From Rotaria socialis (lineage: Eukaryota): 64,000 nucleotides of DNA. The DNA lies in NCBI GenBank assembly GCA_905331295.1, contig CAJNYD010000253.1, positions 62,001-126,000 of the forward strand, read 5' to 3'. Of this stretch, positions 58,897 through 64,000 are shown one piece after another (positions within the stretch are counted from its first letter, which is position 1; each line of letters starts with the position of its first letter). Below the pieces are notes generated by a model. It did no database searches and was not told the origin of the DNA. It saw nothing but the letters and a program-made list of their open reading frames with translations. The translations under genes were made by a program, and so were the position numbers.

Positions 58897-59405
58897 CCAG
58901 CATAGGATCCCACATTGGTTACTATTGAAGGTAGTATCGTTAACGACATGATCGACAGGCATAGATTCAAATGAGATACCCACTCGAACTGCATGGGGAA
59001 ATCTGCAGATAGTCTCCAATACCGTTCCATACCTCAACTACCGTTTTATTATTGCTGATCAGCGTGCACCAATACACTGAGATTCAGATTTTCGGCTACT
59101 TCATGAACTAACTCAAATATTAGTCAATGAAAACATTATCGACTGATAGATTTCGGATGTGGATGTCACCTAATATTCATCCACATCTATACACTCACAC
59201 CTTTTACTATTATTTCATTCCATGTTCTCATACATACGACTACCATTCCTTGTTAGCATTTGATTTGTGTTCTCCAGAATTATCGTACAGTTGATTAAAT
59301 AATTCATCAATAGTTTATTCATAAAAAAAAAGCAAATGATGCTATTCTATTCAAATCCAACACATTTGAAAAAAAGAATCTTTTTCGATAGAATATATTT
59401 ATAAT

Positions 59406-60452
59406 CTACTGTTTCACTTGTTTTTTTTCTTTAAAATATTTCAATCCAGTTATGATTACTATACTTGCTAGAACAAGTATTGAACCAGCTATTGATAAAA
59501 GATTAGATTTTGTTGATGAAAAAATATTTTGTAATATAAGAGAGAACAAAATATTGCTTGATTGAACTATTGTAAATATTGCTGGATGCTCACGTTTAAC
59601 TGCTTTTTGTGTTAATACTATTGCAACTATATGCAATAAGCAAACCAATGAAGCAAACAGATAATTCCAAGTAAAAAAATAATTCCTAAATGATTCCATG
59701 CCATCGGTAAAAATGTTAAAACTATAAACTACTTTAGCAACTAAAACAATCAATGTCACAACTGCATAGTGCACCATTATTGAACTGTGTTTTGTTTTGT
59801 ATTTCAATAGTAAATGTTTATTTGATATTATCATTATGGATAGTGCTACGGAAGAATATAATGCAATGAATAAACCTATTAGACGTTCAACATGAGTTTT
59901 TGATTTGCTTAATGTTGAATTAAACAAAAAACTCGGCTGAGCAACAAACACTACGCCAGCACTTGTTAATAGAATAGCTATTACCATTGGTATCGACGGT
60001 TTTTCGCGGTAGAGCAACGCAGTTATAATGGTCGTCCAAATAACTTGTGTATAACGTACTGTTATTAAATCTGGCAATGGCAAATAACGATAGGCAAAAT
60101 AAAAAGAAAAAACGCCCGTTGTAGAGAAAAAAACGTTAATAAATAAATAAAATAGTTCTTGTCTTTTTGAGTGTTCATAGAATGAATAATGTTTTATAAA
60201 TTTACTGTAGATAATCAATATCGCGGAATGCAATGCATAGCAGGGTATTATAGCATCAAGTACGTCTACTTTTAATTGTTTTGATATAAACAAGGAACCT
60301 GTAAAAATAATAGCTGATAATAATATATAAACGATTCCTGCGAAACGTGCGATCAATGTTGGAGATGATTCAACAGGTTTGTCGATATTTATTGTAACTG
60401 TCGGTTCGATTAATTTCTCGATAGTCGCTTCTTTGCTCTTGTCATCTTTCAT
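59406..60452 (-). CDS. EamA/DMT-superfamily transporter (SLC35G-like)
   Basis: 348 aa, about 10 TM segments in two EamA-like repeats. Motifs FAYRYLPLPD, YREK and GVVFVAQPSFLF. Confidence 0.85.
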   Translation of the reverse strand: MKDDKSKEATIEKLIEPTVTINIDKPVESSPTLIARFAGIVYILLSAIIFTGSLFISKQLKVDVLDAIIPCYALHSAILIIYSKFIKHYSFYEHSKRQELFYLFINVFFSTTGVFSFYFAYRYLPLPDLITVRYTQVIWTTIITALLYREKPSIPMVIAILLTSAGVVFVAQPSFLFNSTLSKSKTHVERLIGLFIALYSSVALSIMIISNKHLLLKYKTKHSSIMVHYAVVTLIVLVAKVVYSFNIFTDGMESFRNYFFTWNYLFASLVCLLHIVAIVLTQKAVKREHPAIFTIVQSSNILFSLILQNIFSSTKSNLLSIAGSILVLASIVIITGLKYFKEKKQVKQ

Positions 60453-61808
60453 TTCGACTTCACGTAGATTTTTAGTTGTGTCGAATTCAATTGTTGAACT
60501 AAAAATAATGCAAACACATTTTTTATTTGCAACCGTTGCATTACACCATTGTGCTTAATAGTAAACTGATAAGAAACAGAAAAAAATTGATCTTTATTCA
60601 TTTCGAGGGAAAATAAATTTTTCGACCTTATTCGTGCCCTTTAACTAATATCTAGTTACACGAGCACAATTATATTATCGAATGTTTCAGAAAAAAACAA
60701 GGAGTATCTGAGAAGTTCTATTATCGTTTTTCCTCATCAGCAAATGTGCTTCTCGAAATGGATATGAAAAATACTTTTTTTTACCTTTTTTCATCCATTG
60801 ATAATTTAGCGTTGACCGATAGTGAAGATAAAGCACGTAATAGTTATATTCTCTACATGCACGCGGAGTTGAATAAACCTTATGAAGCGAACATATTGTT
60901 ACCATTGTTTTTCTTTCTTTACATAATACGCACAAAATGACTCATTCGATTGCATCCTGCTATCTATTCGTGCTTATTTTTTCCTCAAGTTATGTATCAA
61001 TATTACCAGACATCTATACACACACTATAGCATAGTTAAGAAAAAGCAAATCATAACTTGCACTGTTATATTTTATGAAAGTATAAGTATTTACTTCAAG
61101 AAAGCTAATTCAATGAACCATTTTTTCTTATCGATTGCGCATACAAGGTCGATTGATTCACATTGCATGAAAAATCGACACAAAAAAAAAGAAATACCCT
61201 TACGTTGATCGCAACACTTGTATTGTACTCAAAAGAAATACTTTCTTGATGGTTACATATTAAACTTGTATACATCCAGGCAACTGTGTTTTTTTTTGAA
61301 GATCACTTACATTTTGCAAAGATATGATTCTCTAATATTTATCTCAATGTAATCTCATAAAAATAAAAAGACAGCAATCCGGATCAGATACAATTTGCTA
61401 ACTTTTCCGCGCAAGCACTTCCGACAGTTGCATTTCAACCCGAAAAAAATGAATTCAAATAATGCGGGATTTGTTCATAACATTAGATCAGATGACGCTG
61501 AATCATTGTATTAAAATACGTTGCAGTTCGTGCGACAGATGCATTGATTCGCTGATAGGTTCGCTCTATGAAAAACAATATGGAATACATTAGATGAAAG
61601 TGTAAATAAAAAATGCATATTTCTATTGAATCTGTCATTTCAAGAGAATCGTTTTTATTTGCTGCACGAAATTTCGAAGATCTAAAAAATGTCTATTTTA
61701 CAAGACAACAATAATGGCTATGATATCGAGTTAGATATAAGTGCTCCTTAACATATATTTTTCTCTCTCTATACTTTTGTAGTAAACAGTTTTATTTATA
61801 GATTTCCA

Positions 61809-62084
61809 ATGAGATTTTTTATGTTCTTGATCTTTGCTGCAGCTACTGCTCTCCCGGCAAGTGTTCATTATCATGGTGATTCGACCTTAGTACCACCGAC
61901 AACCGTCGCTGAAATGATTTCCTACGATAGTTTGCTGGGTTACAGCTGCCATTCGAATAGAAATTGCGGTGGCCTCGTTACCAATGCATTGTGTGTTAAT
62001 GGTAAGTGCGCATGTGCACCCGGATACATTGCCAATGGACTTTGGTCTTGTCGGAAAATAAAAGTACGATCAAGTGATGTTTGA
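61809..62084 (+). CDS. Small secreted cysteine-rich protein (EB-module-like)
   Basis: Signal-peptide-like MRFFMFLIFAAATA. Six Cys in the pattern LGYSC-x5-C-x8-C-x4-CAC-x-PGY-x7-C. AATAAA just after the stop. Confidence 0.7.
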   Translation: MRFFMFLIFAAATALPASVHYHGDSTLVPPTTVAEMISYDSLLGYSCHSNRNCGGLVTNALCVNGKCACAPGYIANGLWSCRKIKVRSSDV

Positions 62085-63366
62085 ATAAATTTAATCTTTG
62101 CTTTCAATGATTTTATTTTAGAAAACTGCGACGATTAAAAATTCATTGAAGCGAAAAGTCAATACAGTTAAATAAACATTTCTTTTTTTTAATCATGTAA
62201 ATCTTCCAGAAGAAGAATAAACAAGGAGTGACGGTGGTGGAAAAATTTTGATTGAAACTCTCGAGTAAAATCAGATCATAAACAAATATCGATTTCGATT
62301 TTTAGCAGTTATTCAATAGATCACTTGCATAGGCTAGTTCCTTGTTTGAAAAACGAATCTACTCGATATCTTTTGTTATACTTTTCTTTGAAAAGAAATC
62401 GCTTTTTTTTGTACTCAAGTTTGTTCGTTGCGCATGGAAACTTCCAATACATAAATTCTATTATCGTAGAAGTATGCTTGGTGATAGAGACAAACAACAT
62501 TCATCATGACGTATGAGTCAGTTTGTTTTCGGACGAAATGACGTTAATTCGTAATGCGTCAGCACTCATCCGAACCATAAATAGAAATGACTGTCTTGTT
62601 GTATGAGCGAAATGATGTCCTACGCTTTGAACATAAAGATGTAGCGCAGATTGATAATTGTATTTTAAAAAATCGTTGATATAAATTTGTAATTGAGTTT
62701 CCCATGTCGTCTTATCCTCGAGGGACGTTCTAAATAAAGAAGAATAAGAGACAAAGCATACCCTATTTTCTTCAATCACTAAGCATCATTACATAGAATG
62801 AACTACGCGAAAATTATATTTACCCTATTCAGCAATAGCCAGTCAGACTATTGTAACTACGCCGTTTGAGCCTACCCTGTCTGGCATTATCTTGAGGATC
62901 ACTTCATCTGATTTCGTTCGAATGATGATTAGATTGGACACAACAAGACATCGGAGATTCATTCAGAATGACGAACAAGAACAGAAACATAATTGAGAGT
63001 CAGCCATTATGTTCGCTAAGCAACTATGAGGTTAGCATCAATGCGAAATTGGAAAACCTTTCGATCATTTGGTTACTTGAGATGCGCCGATTCCTGGAGG
63101 AATGTCTTTCAATAGTCTTAAGAATTTCATGCTTCATGAAAAGCTTATTCCATAAAAACAAAACTTTTGGTCATGATATTTTATTATTGTATAGAAAAAT
63201 TGATTACAATGAATTTTCCATTTTTTTCGATATCAATTGATTTATCACAAATAATAAACAGAATTTGCATTCACACACAGAACGAACAGAAAATTATGAG
63301 CATAAATGTAATACAATCCATTAAAACAGATCAGCAATGATAAGTTTAGGGCTTGTTTTTCTTTGG

Positions 63367-63968
63367 CTATTCTTCACAAAATAGAGCACGAGCTTGTCTT
63401 TTTTCCTTTGGTGCGCTGTTGAACTGGTGGAGCATTGGAATTTACACGACGTTCATCGAGTGTATCGAACCAATTATCAATAGCCCCCATAAGTATTTTC
63501 ACAACATACTTATTAAAAATAGAATATCTTTTTCAATAAGCAGAAAAGCTAATTATCTACTTACATCACCAAAACTAAATGGGAAATTTTTTCCCTGAAC
63601 TTTCTGAATTTCTTCTCGTTCTGATTTATAATCATCGGCAACGTCAAGATTTGGTATTTTCTTATCCCAATTATTAAGATAACTATTATAACAATAAAGG
63701 ATTATGAATACCAAAAAAATCAAGGAGCAGAAATTTCATTACCCAACGCTTTCAGCATCATCTGTACAGGCTAAAATTGTGACTGGGATGCGATTAATTG
63801 GATTGCGTTCATGATGAAGTACATGTTCCAATGTTTTTATATCTTGTTGTCCATTCTCATTGGTCGGTACACCATCCGTAGCGATTAATACTAATAATTT
63901 ACGTTCTTGAATTTCAAGTCGTTTCTCTTGTAAAACTTGTCGCAATACACGAGCAATAGGAGTTGGTC
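63367..63968 (-). CDS. vWA-like domain protein, 3' part (exons 63968-63743, 63682-63565, 63508-63367; gene continues past the window end)
   Basis: In-frame GT-AG splicing gives GPTPIARVL...LLVLIATDGVPT...ILACTDD...YLNNWDK..NLDVADDY..E...FSFGDYVVKILMG. The TP and TDG motifs are typical of vWA folds. Confidence 0.75.
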
Positions 63969-64000
63969 CTGTAATAATATCCTAATTGTAAGATAACTAT

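Overview
AT-rich eukaryotic (animal) genomic DNA with many short GT-AG introns. The short introns, dispersed TGTGGG/TGAGGG telomere-like motifs, a Penelope-type hammerhead motif and foreign-looking enzyme genes suggest a bdelloid rotifer (inference, not proven). Ordinary genes: a 10-exon RSF1-like PHD protein, an EamA/SLC35G-like transporter, a small secreted Cys-rich protein and a partial vWA-like gene. Also present are a membrane-anchored M28 aminopeptidase, a frameshifted CD225/dispanin, an SF3B1 pseudogene fragment missing from the ORF track, and four members of one uncharacterised ~5-TM Cys-loop membrane-protein family in two duplicated pairs. The most striking locus is an intronless 1917-aa ORF (31676-37429) fusing sulfotransferase, DegT/perosamine-synthase-like aminotransferase, SAM methyltransferase, a GT-like domain, a GT2 glycosyltransferase and a GH5 hydrolase: an operon-like sugar-tailoring pathway in one polypeptide. 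This gene and a 1264-aa adenosine-deaminase-fold gene (with an NLS-like mini first exon) lie between two copies of a ~5.6-kb duplication. The interval 30101-58896 is formally bounded by matching hAT-type TIRs with an identical 8-bp TSD. Intergenic DNA is rich in MITEs, foldback elements, a SINE, a solo LTR and about 13 small telomere-repeat-like hairpins.
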